IMG/VR virus record: IMGVR_UViG_3300013110_000368
Reading direction: 5' to 3' (one strand)
DNA length: 57,695 nucleotides
DNA from: an uncultured virus (IMG/VR IMGVR_UViG_3300013110_000368)
Taxonomy: Duplodnaviria; Heunggongvirae; Uroviricota; Caudoviricetes; Kyanoviridae
Both the position numbers and the translations under genes were made by a program. The notes below the pieces were generated by a model. The model had not been told where the DNA came from, did not search any database, and was given only the letters and a program-made list of their open reading frames with translations. Positions 45,908-55,867 of the stretch are shown here, one piece after another (position 1 is the stretch's first letter; each line of letters opens with the position of its first letter).

Positions 45908-46534
45908 CTAACCAAATCCAAAATTGAATTTACCAGAGAAATCACCGAGAGGTGTATCCACTTGGAATGAGGTTTTGATTGCAGCTTGACCTGATTCATC
46001 AAAGGTAGTATCTGCGGTTTCCCACCATGAGAATGCCCATGTTACCGCAAATTCTTCGATGGCATCATTGTTATCCCAACCCAATTCTATTGGAGCAATT
46101 GTGATAGGAAAGCAATCAACCATAGAATACTGCCTAATCGGTTTACCTGTTTTGGAGTATTGAATAATCTCTGCATTACCAGTATAGTTTTCCTGATTAG
46201 AAGATGATGCTAAATTATCTGCCTTTCCATTAATTAGTTCTGCCCAAGATTCAACAAATCTTCTAACTCTGAAATCTTCATCGTTGATGATAGTGGTTTC
46301 CCAATCATCAAAGGTGGTATTTCCAGCAAGTTTGAGTATTCTACCCATGTAAGGTACATCAACTGGCCCTATATTAACGCCAGGAATTGCACTAGTCTTA
46401 ACCATGAATGGAACAACTGACGTTGCACCAAAATCCCTTCCGTCAAGTCCTGGCGGGTTATTGATCTTAACCGCAAACAGGTTAGGTCTTGCACCTCCAC
46501 CAGCAAGAGATTTACTAAATTCGTTTATATTCAT
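45908..46534 (-). CDS. gp19: Tail tube protein (gp19-like)
   Basis: GGGARPNLF; GR.LKLAG..TFDDW..TIINDEDF; IEEF.VT. Confidence 0.95.
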   Translation of the reverse strand: MNINEFSKSLAGGGARPNLFAVKINNPPGLDGRDFGATSVVPFMVKTSAIPGVNIGPVDVPYMGRILKLAGNTTFDDWETTIINDEDFRVRRFVESWAELINGKADNLASSSNQENYTGNAEIIQYSKTGKPIRQYSMVDCFPITIAPIELGWDNNDAIEEFAVTWAFSWWETADTTFDESGQAAIKTSFQVDTPLGDFSGKFNFGFG

Positions 46535-46559
46535 TTGTATTCTCCTATGTTATCTCTAT

Positions 46560-48899
46560 TTATGCCGATGCTACTTCAGAAAATGCAACACCCGTTCCAA
46601 CAGCAACAAAGTTTAATTGGATAAAGTTAATTGAACGTGCTGGTTTGATGAAAATATCACCGATAAATTCGTTTCTATCTATGACATCACCAGTATTGTT
46701 ACTGGTATCACAAACCACCAAATAGTCTTGAATACCACGTTGTGCTTTAATTCCATTCAAGAATGGTTCGACCATGTTGCGGAACGATGCCCTAGTGAAT
46801 TCATCATTGAATTCAAACAACATAGACTTGGCTGCTCTGGAAATTGATTTCTCAAGAACTATAAACAACCTACGCACGTTGATTCGGTCAAAGGCACTCG
46901 GTTTGGATAATAGTGTTTTATCACCAAACAACAATGTACCTTGGCCAGGCATTGCGACTACTGGATTAACTCTTGCTTTGTATAGTTTATCTCGATCTGC
47001 ATTAGTTGGATTCAACCACAATTTTACTACATTCTTGATCTGTCCACGACTAAAACCAGCTGGACTCCACCAAGATGCATTGGAATTGTCAGTTGCTACC
47101 ATCAAACCAGCAATATCACCGTTCAATGGAATATCAACATACTTATCTGTATAACGATTGTATGTTCGTTTCCAACCAGAATCAGCAATACCATAAGATG
47201 TACTAGTAAGACCATCAGCCCATGTTTCAACATCCCCTGCTTTAGTTGAAGAAATTGCATTGCCAATAACAGCACCAGAATTGGGTGACATTGTTACTAC
47301 ACAGTCTTTTCGATTGCCAGCAATAACTATCAATGCTTCTGCTAATTGTGCAGTTTGATCTGAACTTGAAGATTCATCAACACCAGTGAGTAAAAGACTG
47401 ATGTCAGATGTATCAACATCGTCAAACAAGTTATAACCCTTTCCAGCGGCAGTTCTATTGGAAAAACTATTTCCATCAGCAGAATCATCTGCTCCACCAG
47501 CCAAATTTACACTTTGAGCTGCCTGTGCAGTAAAAGGAGTTGTGTTTGTCGAATCTTTCCCTTCCCATGCAGTTGTTACATTATCCCACTGTCCAGTACC
47601 ATAAATGTACTGTGAATCTCTACGCAATACATCCTTCCAATAATTACTATTACCTTGAGCATCTCTGGCATCTGTTGCCAAAGATAAAGCAACATACCTT
47701 TCCAAAACCGCACCAGCAGTACCAGAAAGTTTTCCATCTTTATCAACAACAACTATATGAATCTCATCATTGACATCAATTCCACCATTCTTGTTCAACA
47801 CATGAGAAGAAGTATCTGGTGCTGAATCGAACAAACCACCAAAATCAACCGTAGTTGAAATTCCGTTTTGTGTGTAAGTACCATTCCAACTGGATAATGT
47901 ACCTGTTTGATGAAAAAGTCTAACTTGAATAGAATTACCTAATGCACCAGCATACCTAGAAGCAAAACTAGCAGTTCCAGCAGAACTGTTAGTTGAACCA
48001 CCATCATTGGCATCGAAATCATCGGCATTGGCAATTACTACACTACCTGTTGCAGAAACTGTTTCAACAATAATTTTGATTATTTCAGTTCCACCACTTG
48101 GATCTACGATAGATACTACATCACCAGCACTATAACCAGTACCAGCCGCAACTATCGAATTTACCGTTACAGTTGCACCACCAGCAGGTGTTGTGATTTT
48201 TACTTGTAATCCTGTACCACCAGCAGGTACAGCTGCACCAGTTTGACTAGCAGTTACATCTGTTTGATTCCCACCCCATGCAGAGTCTGGTGTAACAGTA
48301 GTAGTTCCTAGTGTATAACTAGAAATATCTCCAACTATAACTTGACCACCCGATGCACCAGATTGCGTAATAGTCAAAACATCCCCTGCCTTATAACCTT
48401 GTCCAGCGGCATTAATTGTTGCAGAAGTGATTGTTTGAGCTGCATTAGCAACAATATCTACTGTTGCTCCTGTTCCCCCTGCTGGACTAACAGTGGTTGC
48501 TAAACCAGTTGCTGTTGTGTAATCACTACCACCAGCAGAAACTGAATCTATACTCCCAATAGCACCTATATTAATTTCTGCAACTGTTCCAGAACCCGTA
48601 ACTGAGTTTCCGTCAACTGCATTCTTTTCGTTATCCCCTAATGTTCTTACCACGTTGAGTGACCCTGCATACGCAAGGAAATTTGAAGCAACGTGCCAGT
48701 TCTTTTCTACGGCAGTAGTTGTTGGTTTTCCGAATATTTTAACCAATTCAACCTCTGACGTGATTGTAGTAATTTGATCTGCTGGCCCCCATAAAAATGC
48801 GGCGGCAAATCCAGCATCAGATGTAGCAACTGATGGAACTACACTCGTAGCATCAATTTCCTTGACTAATACGCCAGGACTTTGTAGATTGATTGCCAT
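46560..48899 (-). CDS. gp18: Tail sheath protein (gp18-like) with inserted beta modules
   Basis: SPGV.VKEID; W.SPAG..RG; SAFDRINVRRLF; IKPARSINFI.LNF. Confidence 0.97.
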   Translation of the reverse strand: MAINLQSPGVLVKEIDATSVVPSVATSDAGFAAAFLWGPADQITTITSEVELVKIFGKPTTTAVEKNWHVASNFLAYAGSLNVVRTLGDNEKNAVDGNSVTGSGTVAEINIGAIGSIDSVSAGGSDYTTATGLATTVSPAGGTGATVDIVANAAQTITSATINAAGQGYKAGDVLTITQSGASGGQVIVGDISSYTLGTTTVTPDSAWGGNQTDVTASQTGAAVPAGGTGLQVKITTPAGGATVTVNSIVAAGTGYSAGDVVSIVDPSGGTEIIKIIVETVSATGSVVIANADDFDANDGGSTNSSAGTASFASRYAGALGNSIQVRLFHQTGTLSSWNGTYTQNGISTTVDFGGLFDSAPDTSSHVLNKNGGIDVNDEIHIVVVDKDGKLSGTAGAVLERYVALSLATDARDAQGNSNYWKDVLRRDSQYIYGTGQWDNVTTAWEGKDSTNTTPFTAQAAQSVNLAGGADDSADGNSFSNRTAAGKGYNLFDDVDTSDISLLLTGVDESSSSDQTAQLAEALIVIAGNRKDCVVTMSPNSGAVIGNAISSTKAGDVETWADGLTSTSYGIADSGWKRTYNRYTDKYVDIPLNGDIAGLMVATDNSNASWWSPAGFSRGQIKNVVKLWLNPTNADRDKLYKARVNPVVAMPGQGTLLFGDKTLLSKPSAFDRINVRRLFIVLEKSISRAAKSMLFEFNDEFTRASFRNMVEPFLNGIKAQRGIQDYLVVCDTSNNTGDVIDRNEFIGDIFIKPARSINFIQLNFVAVGTGVAFSEVASA

Positions 48900-48968
48900 G
48901 TCTGTTTCTCCTTAATCGTTTGGTTGTATAAACTTTCCCTATAAAAGTTACAAGTGAACTTGCACAAA

Positions 48969-48976
48969 TATTTATA
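48969..48976 (-). promoter_or_regulatory. T4-type late promoter (TATAAATA) for gp18
   Basis: Exact consensus, intergenic. Confidence 0.85.
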
Positions 48977-48981
48977 AAAAA

Positions 48982-50601
48982 TCACATTTCACCAACTGAC
49001 CACATTTGTCCAGCACTGTCTACGAAAGTTTCTACTTCCATTCCTGTACTAACTATTCCAAACGGTGTTAATTCTTCTTCTATTTCTCGCATTCTCTGTT
49101 CGTACATCTTCAAACGCAAATCCTGATCCATTAAATCCTTGAAGTAACGTTGATTTGCCACCCACGCAAACAAAACCAATGTCATGACAATATCATCATG
49201 AGAACCTTCAGTTGCCTGATAACTTTTACCCTTGACCGCAAAACACGTCAATTCGGCAATAGTTTGAAAATCAACAATCAGCAACTGATCTTCCTCGATT
49301 AAGTTTTTGAGTGTTCTACACCCAATTCTCTTAACTTGTGCTGTGGTTTTGATACCCATTTCAGTACCTTTTCCAAATCCAGCACTAAGCACTTGACCAG
49401 AACGACCTTTGATGGTGGATGTCAGTATATTCTCATATTCCAAATCATAGTGTAAAATATCGGCAACCTGTCCACCAATATCGTTTACCTCTAACATCAC
49501 ATGTGCATCATTATATTTCTTTGCTACCTCAAAAATCATTGTTGGGTACAGCAAAGGTGAAATTTCATTACTGCGATAAACTGCCACCATTTTGTATGGT
49601 GTATCTGTTGCATCTATAACTGTAAAAGCACTATAATCTTTCCCTGCACCTCTGGCTACATCACATGCCATAAAATAAAACCGATCACCTTTAGGTTCCT
49701 CGTATACGTTTAAATCCTCTTTTCTGTAAATGGGATTTTTATATGGCATATTTGCCAATTTAGAAGGTGAAATTAGTGTATCAGATGACCCAATAAACTC
49801 AGTTTCAAACTCAATTCTGAACTGATCTTCTGATGTGTTCCTAATAGTCTGTTCTTTCCATTCTTCGTCACGGCCTGGAACTGCTGACCAATGAACATCA
49901 ATCGGTACATAATCACTTCGACCCTCCACCGAATCAACCCACATTTTGTAGAACTGATTCATACCATTGGGTGTTGAAACTATCAACACTTTGGTCTTAT
50001 TACCTGATGAAATTGTCGGATACACTGCCCTAAAGAATTCTTCGGCAATGTTATCAGGCACAAAAGCAAATTCATCTAAAAATATGATATTAAACGTACC
50101 ACCCCGAATAGCACTGGATGATGTTGATGACGCAAGAACCTTTGAACCATTTTCTAATTCTACGTTTCCTTTGTTCCATTCAACCACACCCTGTTGCAAC
50201 CACAAAGGCAAATTTTCATATGCCAATCTCCACCTACCTAATAATTCTCTAGCCGTTTGACCTTTGTTTGCCAAGATCCCAACTCTAACATCTGAGTTGT
50301 ACAACACATAATGCAACAAATAGGCAATGATTGTAGTGGATTTCCCTGTCTGTCTGGGCATTTTACAAATCACAAATCGGTTATCCATAAAGGTTTGGAT
50401 CATGTCCTCTTGGAAATCCCACATGTCGAAAGGCATTAAACCTTCATCAACATTGACAATCTGCATATAATTCTTGATAAAATAGATCGGATCTTCACCA
50501 CACTTCACATATTCTTTGATTTGCTCTGGTGTGAAGTCTATAGGTACATTAGCCTTCTTTAATAAAGGGTTGCCTAGATAATTAATCTTCTCCGAGTTCA
50601 T
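48982..50601 (-). CDS. gp17: Terminase large subunit (gp17-like)
   Basis: YLGNP.LK; PRQTGKST; LDEFAF; STPNG; DVARG; HDD.VM. Confidence 0.97.
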   Translation of the reverse strand: MNSEKINYLGNPLLKKANVPIDFTPEQIKEYVKCGEDPIYFIKNYMQIVNVDEGLMPFDMWDFQEDMIQTFMDNRFVICKMPRQTGKSTTIIAYLLHYVLYNSDVRVGILANKGQTARELLGRWRLAYENLPLWLQQGVVEWNKGNVELENGSKVLASSTSSSAIRGGTFNIIFLDEFAFVPDNIAEEFFRAVYPTISSGNKTKVLIVSTPNGMNQFYKMWVDSVEGRSDYVPIDVHWSAVPGRDEEWKEQTIRNTSEDQFRIEFETEFIGSSDTLISPSKLANMPYKNPIYRKEDLNVYEEPKGDRFYFMACDVARGAGKDYSAFTVIDATDTPYKMVAVYRSNEISPLLYPTMIFEVAKKYNDAHVMLEVNDIGGQVADILHYDLEYENILTSTIKGRSGQVLSAGFGKGTEMGIKTTAQVKRIGCRTLKNLIEEDQLLIVDFQTIAELTCFAVKGKSYQATEGSHDDIVMTLVLFAWVANQRYFKDLMDQDLRLKMYEQRMREIEEELTPFGIVSTGMEVETFVDSAGQMWSVGEM

Positions 50602-51031
50602 CTTCTTTCTTCTTACCCTTTATCAACTTCTGTAATTCAGCAGTAGAACCGACAAACAGTGCATTGTTCGTAACCTTTGTCGGATTTCCTTTTTTCTCTA
50701 ATGCTTTCATTTGCTCCATTTTCATTTGCAATTCCAACAACCTATCATTGACTTCAGTGGTATTCTTCAATAACTGCCCGAATACCTCAAATGCTCTTGG
50801 ATGGTCTGTTTGCTTGGCAATTTCCAATGAATACTCTAATGCATCATTGCCCTTTTCTAATAGTTTATAGTAATACTCACGACTCTTTTCGTAATCTGCA
50901 TCGACATCACCATCTCGGTTTTCTGCATCTGATTTCACAACTGCTGGTGGATCTGATAAAACCACTTCTTCGACAGTTTCTTCTTCTACAATATCAAATA
51001 AATCGTTGAGTTGGACATCGACTTTTCGCAT
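50582..51031 (-). CDS. gp16: Terminase small subunit (gp16-like)
   Basis: DYE.SR; HPRAFEV; NNALFVGSTAELQK. Confidence 0.93.
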   Translation of the reverse strand: MRKVDVQLNDLFDIVEEETVEEVVLSDPPAVVKSDAENRDGDVDADYEKSREYYYKLLEKGNDALEYSLEIAKQTDHPRAFEVFGQLLKNTTEVNDRLLELQMKMEQMKALEKKGNPTKVTNNALFVGSTAELQKLIKGKKKEDELGED

Positions 51032-52017
51032 TAGATATTATCCGTTTGTGTTTCCGTTACCGTCCAAGGATCATCTGCATCGGCAGTAGTTGGATCTGGT
51101 ACTTGAACAGTTCTGATATTTGCCGTTGACATTGCTATCTGTGTATCATCCAAACCACTGAATACCTTCTTGGAATACAATTGTGTAATTGCTTCCTTTA
51201 CGACTCTGGATTCTTTTGCTGGGCCATATAAGTAAGTTTTTAATTGGAAACTGAATGTCCAGATAATCAACCTTCGTTCATTTATAGATGCCCCTTCCCA
51301 TTGGTCTTCCTGAGAAACATCCATGAGAACTATTGGTATGTCATTTTTCTGCACATCATTGATGCTAACCGTAAACTCAGGTGTGAAATATGGTAAAATC
51401 TGCTCCACAATTTTTAACCCATCTTCAGTAGTATCACACGCCACTGCCAACATAATATCCATATTATATGGAACTCGTTGCCAATAGTAGATAACTTTAT
51501 TACTATCCGATGTATCTGCCCCCGATGATGCCAGTGATCCTGTAGTATTACTAGTTGATCCAGTTATGGTTTCACTGTTTGTAAAAGCACCACTGGCATC
51601 CCTCACACGAATTGTGGTAGAACTTGGTTGATCTACCACAAAGGCAGTAGTGGTACTAGTACCACCCGTAACTCTTTCACCCGTAGAAAATAAATTTGGT
51701 GCTGTAGCAAAGGTTAAAGTTTTATAAGTAGTTGATATTTTTTGCATCGTATTGAGTTTTCTACTAGCATCATAAGTTAATCCTGTCCACTCAAAACTCA
51801 TACGTGGCAATCCACCTTGAACTTCGGCAACACCAGTTTCGGTTCTTTGTTGTAAGTGTTGCACAAATCTTGCTCTGGGTGCATATGCCAAAGGTACATC
51901 AACACTTTGAATTGTAGTTCCAGAACCAGCACGTTTGATAGTAATACCATTAAACAATGTACCGAAAGCAACCAAAGATTTTCGGATTGATTCGTTATAG
52001 AATGTTGTACCTAACAT
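51031..52017 (-). CDS. gp15: Tail sheath terminator (gp15-like) with about 70-aa insertion
   Basis: FGTLFN; VPLAY; LPRMSFE; IVEQILPYF.P; YLYGP. Confidence 0.93.
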   Translation of the reverse strand: MLGTTFYNESIRKSLVAFGTLFNGITIKRAGSGTTIQSVDVPLAYAPRARFVQHLQQRTETGVAEVQGGLPRMSFEWTGLTYDASRKLNTMQKISTTYKTLTFATAPNLFSTGERVTGGTSTTTAFVVDQPSSTTIRVRDASGAFTNSETITGSTSNTTGSLASSGADTSDSNKVIYYWQRVPYNMDIMLAVACDTTEDGLKIVEQILPYFTPEFTVSINDVQKNDIPIVLMDVSQEDQWEGASINERRLIIWTFSFQLKTYLYGPAKESRVVKEAITQLYSKKVFSGLDDTQIAMSTANIRTVQVPDPTTADADDPWTVTETQTDNI

Positions 52018-52649
52018 TAAAATGTACCAAACGGATTAGTTTCCGTGAAATCAACAATTCCACCATCAGCATCTGTTTCAATTGCTGTGCTTTGCGTGAA
52101 ATTATCAGTAGGGGTTGTACCTGTTTCAAGATTATCAACTTCAGTTATACCCGTATCCATTGTATCTTCTGCATACTTGAACAACGAGCATTCCATCTGC
52201 CAAATGTAGTTTTTACCAAGTTGGAAAAATGGAACCATATCTTCGGTGAAGGTAATCTCATAAATTTGCTTAGAGAGAGGTAGAAAAACCAAATCACCCT
52301 CTCTTGGCCTAACTATATTTGCATCACCAGCAGTTACAACTTCGGTAAATCTGCTCATAGAACAGACCAACTGACACGTATCTGTAACCTCAAAACCAAA
52401 TCTAGTTATTATATCTCCACCACCACCAAACCCATTAATAGTATCCTGTCCGAAATACATTTCGATAGTGTATGCAGTATTGAAACTATTACTTTCTGCA
52501 TCATCGAACAAAGTATCTACGTTATTTCTAGTTCTGGGTAAATAACTAACATCAAATCCAACAATTTGAATAGATTCGGCCACTAAACTAGTAACTAGTG
52601 CCTGTTCTGCCGTCGATGTATGATGTGTGAATGCTGTTCTGACTGTCAT
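52017..52649 (-). CDS. gp14: Neck protein (gp14-like)
   Basis: YLPR; IEMY; RPREGDL..LP; PFFQLGK; F.E.NPFG. Confidence 0.93.
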   Translation of the reverse strand: MTVRTAFTHHTSTAEQALVTSLVAESIQIVGFDVSYLPRTRNNVDTLFDDAESNSFNTAYTIEMYFGQDTINGFGGGGDIITRFGFEVTDTCQLVCSMSRFTEVVTAGDANIVRPREGDLVFLPLSKQIYEITFTEDMVPFFQLGKNYIWQMECSLFKYAEDTMDTGITEVDNLETGTTPTDNFTQSTAIETDADGGIVDFTETNPFGTF

Positions 52650-52652
52650 TGC

Positions 52653-53393
52653 TTATCCTATTAGCATATGTGGCATTTCTTCGTAGTTCATTTGCATTTG
52701 TGTTTCAAGTGTTTCGATCTCAGTAGTTGCTTCTTGCATTAAAGTTGCACCACTGTATGTGATACCGCCAGGTAATTGCAACCCTTCAAATTTGCTTAAA
52801 TTTGAACCCCATTGTTTTTTCATTAGTGCTGTGGCATACCTTTTCATCCACCTATCATTATATACCGATGTGTAGGTATCTGGATTTAAAATTTCATGAA
52901 CCTCTATTAGTAAATATTCATCTACTGCAACATCGTTTGTCCAATCCATGTAAATGTACAATCGGTCTTGATGACGACTGAATTGAAATGGATGATGACC
53001 AACCATCAAATTGTCAATAGTTTCCATATGACCACTAACCATAGAATAGTGCATCATCTGAACATCAGTAAAATCATATAAGTCGTTAAGTCGCAATTGG
53101 TATCTGAGATCAAACATATTGACATTAGAATTGGATTCAACAGGAAATACATTTGATACACCCGTTACACTTGTACCAATAGCAATATACTTATTAGTTT
53201 TATCATCTGCCGTAACTTGATGTTTCAAGTAATTTCTAGTTATAGCATCGTAATGATAGTCTTGATAGTATTGCAACGCATCATCAATAACATCACCTTC
53301 CTGATCGGAAGATAAATTAATGTCAATAACACCATCACCAAGTTTGCGTTTGCAATAACTGATTAGAGTTGCTCTTGAATTTGGAACTGCCAT
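52653..53393 (-). CDS. gp13: Neck protein (gp13-like)
   Basis: YC.RKLG; YHYD; QWGSNLSKF.G.QLPGG. Start MAVPNS at 53393 (TAATG). Confidence 0.93.
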   Translation of the reverse strand: MAVPNSRATLISYCKRKLGDGVIDINLSSDQEGDVIDDALQYYQDYHYDAITRNYLKHQVTADDKTNKYIAIGTSVTGVSNVFPVESNSNVNMFDLRYQLRLNDLYDFTDVQMMHYSMVSGHMETIDNLMVGHHPFQFSRHQDRLYIYMDWTNDVAVDEYLLIEVHEILNPDTYTSVYNDRWMKRYATALMKKQWGSNLSKFEGLQLPGGITYSGATLMQEATTEIETLETQMQMNYEEMPHMLIG

Positions 53394-53791
53394 TAAAAAT
53401 CTCCCTCGTTTGCATTTCCATCTATAGCGGCAAGTACTTCGGTATTCCATTCATCCGATGATGGATCTTTTATTCTGGTGATGGATAAATTGCCTGTTGT
53501 TTCTTCGATGTTAATTGATCCCACGTTAAATTTGATAGTAACATCATTTCCCACTACGGCATTTGCACCATTGGTGATTATAACAGTTTGGTCTGCACCC
53601 AAAAGTGAACCTCTTGGTACAGATTGCATCGAATTTGCACCATTTCCAATTATGATATTACCGATAGTCAGGTTATTTGTACCCGTACCACCATCCACCA
53701 CACCGATGGTATCACTAAGTTGATATTGGCCCAATCCAGTAACCTTACCAGAATCATCAAAAATTGCTCTTAAAGGTGTTTGATCTGCCAT
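53393..53791 (-). CDS. Fibre/collar-like structural protein; paralog of 54862..55431
   Basis: PLR..FD.SG..TGL..YQ...GGTG. Confidence 0.65.
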   Translation of the reverse strand: MADQTPLRAIFDDSGKVTGLGQYQLSDTIGVVDGGTGTNNLTIGNIIIGNGANSMQSVPRGSLLGADQTVIITNGANAVVGNDVTIKFNVGSINIEETTGNLSITRIKDPSSDEWNTEVLAAIDGNANEGDF

Positions 53792-53800
53792 AATTCTCCC

Positions 53801-54109
53801 CTATAGTGGTAGTTCTGCATCCCCTGCTAATGCTTTTCCACAATCAATAATGATCCCATGCTTTTTAGTAACATCATCGGCCTCATAGGTTGATGTGTCT
53901 TGCGTTAATTGTAATTCGTGTAATGTACCTGATGCTGATGTTCCACTTGCTCCACCTGTTAATGTCACAGTCGAAACCGAAAACACAACTTCTCTTGCCG
54001 TTGCCGTTATATCATTTTCTCGATCTTGTAGAAGTTTAATTTGGTCGGCAAAGGTCTTGTTAGTGAAGGTTTTTATCTCTGCATCTGTACCGTAATATTT
54101 TAAACCCAT
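53801..54109 (-). CDS. Hypothetical structural-region protein
   Basis: 102-aa ORF in a tightly packed operon. Confidence 0.65.
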   Translation of the reverse strand: MGLKYYGTDAEIKTFTNKTFADQIKLLQDRENDITATAREVVFSVSTVTLTGGASGTSASGTLHELQLTQDTSTYEADDVTKKHGIIIDCGKALAGDAELPL

Positions 54110-54118
54110 TGTTCTACC

Positions 54119-54859
54119 CTATGATATTACTAAAACAGATGCCATCACATCTAATTTTTCTTCTGCTGATGCATAGATACTAAGTTTTCTTTGATCTGAT
54201 GCTGTATCTGATGCTGTTAAGTTAATGGGTTTCTCGATTACCATCGACGATTGTGCTGGAACTACAACATTATAAAGTATATATCCTTTATGATTATTAC
54301 TACCATCTCGCATCTGTAGATAAAAATGAACATCACCCGTATGTTTATTAGATACATAGATAGCATGTACCGTAACTTCACCACCAGTATAAACAGGCAC
54401 TAAATCAGTTATACCACTGACATTAGATTCTTCCCAAACAGAACTTGGTGGTGAATTTCCTGATGTTAAAGTTTTAACTGTAACTTTTCCATCAGTACCA
54501 CCAACAATAGTTAATACATCACCGACTGAATATCCACTACCGCCAGCAGAAATGGTTGCTGTTTGGATTTCTCCACCATCAACAGTTATTGTCACTGTCG
54601 CATCAGTTCCCGAACCAGCATTTGTCGTATTTTTTGTACCAGCACTATAACCACTACCAGCATTAGTTATTTCTGTCTCTAAACTTGAAACATCATTATT
54701 TGTTGCTGTATGATTAGACAATGCCTTATATGTTACACCATTATATATTACGTAATTGTTAGCAACATAATTTGTGGAAATTGCCCATGCACTTGGTGTT
54801 TGGGTTGCAGATAATTCTGGTACATTGACAACAGATTTAGTTTGAAAATCAGTAGCCAT
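54119..54859 (-). CDS. Virion structural protein with nested CBM5/12-like and GSGY beta modules
   Basis: W..STNY...NYV.YNGVTYKA...P..SVW; AGSGYS twice; C-terminal HAIYVSN...KPINL...LDV.ASVL.IS. Confidence 0.7.
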   Translation of the reverse strand: MATDFQTKSVVNVPELSATQTPSAWAISTNYVANNYVIYNGVTYKALSNHTATNNDVSSLETEITNAGSGYSAGTKNTTNAGSGTDATVTITVDGGEIQTATISAGGSGYSVGDVLTIVGGTDGKVTVKTLTSGNSPPSSVWEESNVSGITDLVPVYTGGEVTVHAIYVSNKHTGDVHFYLQMRDGSNNHKGYILYNVVVPAQSSMVIEKPINLTASDTASDQRKLSIYASAEEKLDVMASVLVIS

Positions 54860-54861
54860 TA

Positions 54862-55431
54862 TTATCCCCCAAAGACAATAGACATTGCTACTGCCAAACC
54901 ATCTGATTGTAAAACTGGTTTTCCAACTGCATCATTTGCTAACATAACACCATCTTTGATTGCAATAAGTTCTCGTTTTATTTCTGTTACCCTTCCAGCC
55001 TCATCTACCTCTATTGCTTTAACTACCTCTAAATTGACTTCAGTAGAAAAATCAGAAACACCAGAAGATGCTCCCTCTACTGGTGCAATTTTTAAATTCC
55101 CTTGATTATCTACTTCCAGACCACCATCAAGTGGAACTTTAACTGTACCTAAGTTATTCTGTGTGGCAATACCAAGACCAAGTGAAGGATCAAGGGAGAT
55201 GGTAATTGTACCATCTCCACTTGTCACTATTACTTGCCCTGCTTGCCCTTGAAGTTTATTTCTTGTTAGAGAACCAGATGAATTTCCGACTAATATTTCA
55301 CCACTGGAGTAGGTCGTTTGTCCAGTGCCACCAAATGGTGCGGAAACATATTCACCTGATTGAAATTCTGATAAACCTGTTGGTGTTCCAGATGAATCGT
55401 AGTCTCCCCTAACAGGAATTTTAACTGGCAT
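54862..55431 (-). CDS. Fibre/collar-like structural protein
   Basis: PVR..YD.SG..TGL..FQ...GGTG; AT..NLG.VKV..GL.VD..G fibre repeat. Confidence 0.7.
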   Translation of the reverse strand: MPVKIPVRGDYDSSGTPTGLSEFQSGEYVSAPFGGTGQTTYSSGEILVGNSSGSLTRNKLQGQAGQVIVTSGDGTITISLDPSLGLGIATQNNLGTVKVPLDGGLEVDNQGNLKIAPVEGASSGVSDFSTEVNLEVVKAIEVDEAGRVTEIKRELIAIKDGVMLANDAVGKPVLQSDGLAVAMSIVFGG

Positions 55432-55437
55432 TTTTTA

Positions 55438-55833
55438 CTATACCTCGCTTACGTCACTATCGGAAAAAACTTCGTCTGTTTCATCACCGAATTTGAAATT
55501 GCCCGTTGGGTCAACTTCTTCTGATGATGGTCTTGTTGTTGGTTCCGTACCGTTATCTGGGTTTCCTCCCTGCAATTGCTGTTGCTGTTGCTGTTGTTGC
55601 ATTTCTTCCGTAACAACCTCTAACGCACCACTATCGGTGTTTAGAGTATACTGCAATTCTGGATCACCACCTTTCTGTTGGATGTGAACGTTGATTAAAT
55701 CTCGAAAATCGTTTTCCAATTCTCGAGCGGCATATTGTGCCGACTCCAACTTACGATATGCCTTCTGGATTAAATTGATGTGAGTCTGTGCTTCCGTCAA
55801 CTCATTTTGTTCTAATTGTAATGAATCAGACAT
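55438..55833 (-). CDS. Hypothetical acidic protein with poly-Gln
   Basis: AGGAG Shine-Dalgarno; Q8 run at about 55576-55599. Confidence 0.7.
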   Translation of the reverse strand: MSDSLQLEQNELTEAQTHINLIQKAYRKLESAQYAARELENDFRDLINVHIQQKGGDPELQYTLNTDSGALEVVTEEMQQQQQQQQLQGGNPDNGTEPTTRPSSEEVDPTGNFKFGDETDEVFSDSDVSEV

Positions 55834-55859
55834 AATTACTTGTCTCCTATTTTTTCTTT

Positions 55860-55867
55860 TATTTATA
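55860..55867 (-). promoter_or_regulatory. T4-type late promoter (TATAAATA)
   Basis: Exact consensus overlapping the upstream stop; likely drives the neck region. Confidence 0.75.

Noticed and set aside
55576..55599. CAR repeat encoding poly-Gln as a contingency locus
   Set aside because: In-frame, mixed codons, only 8 units.
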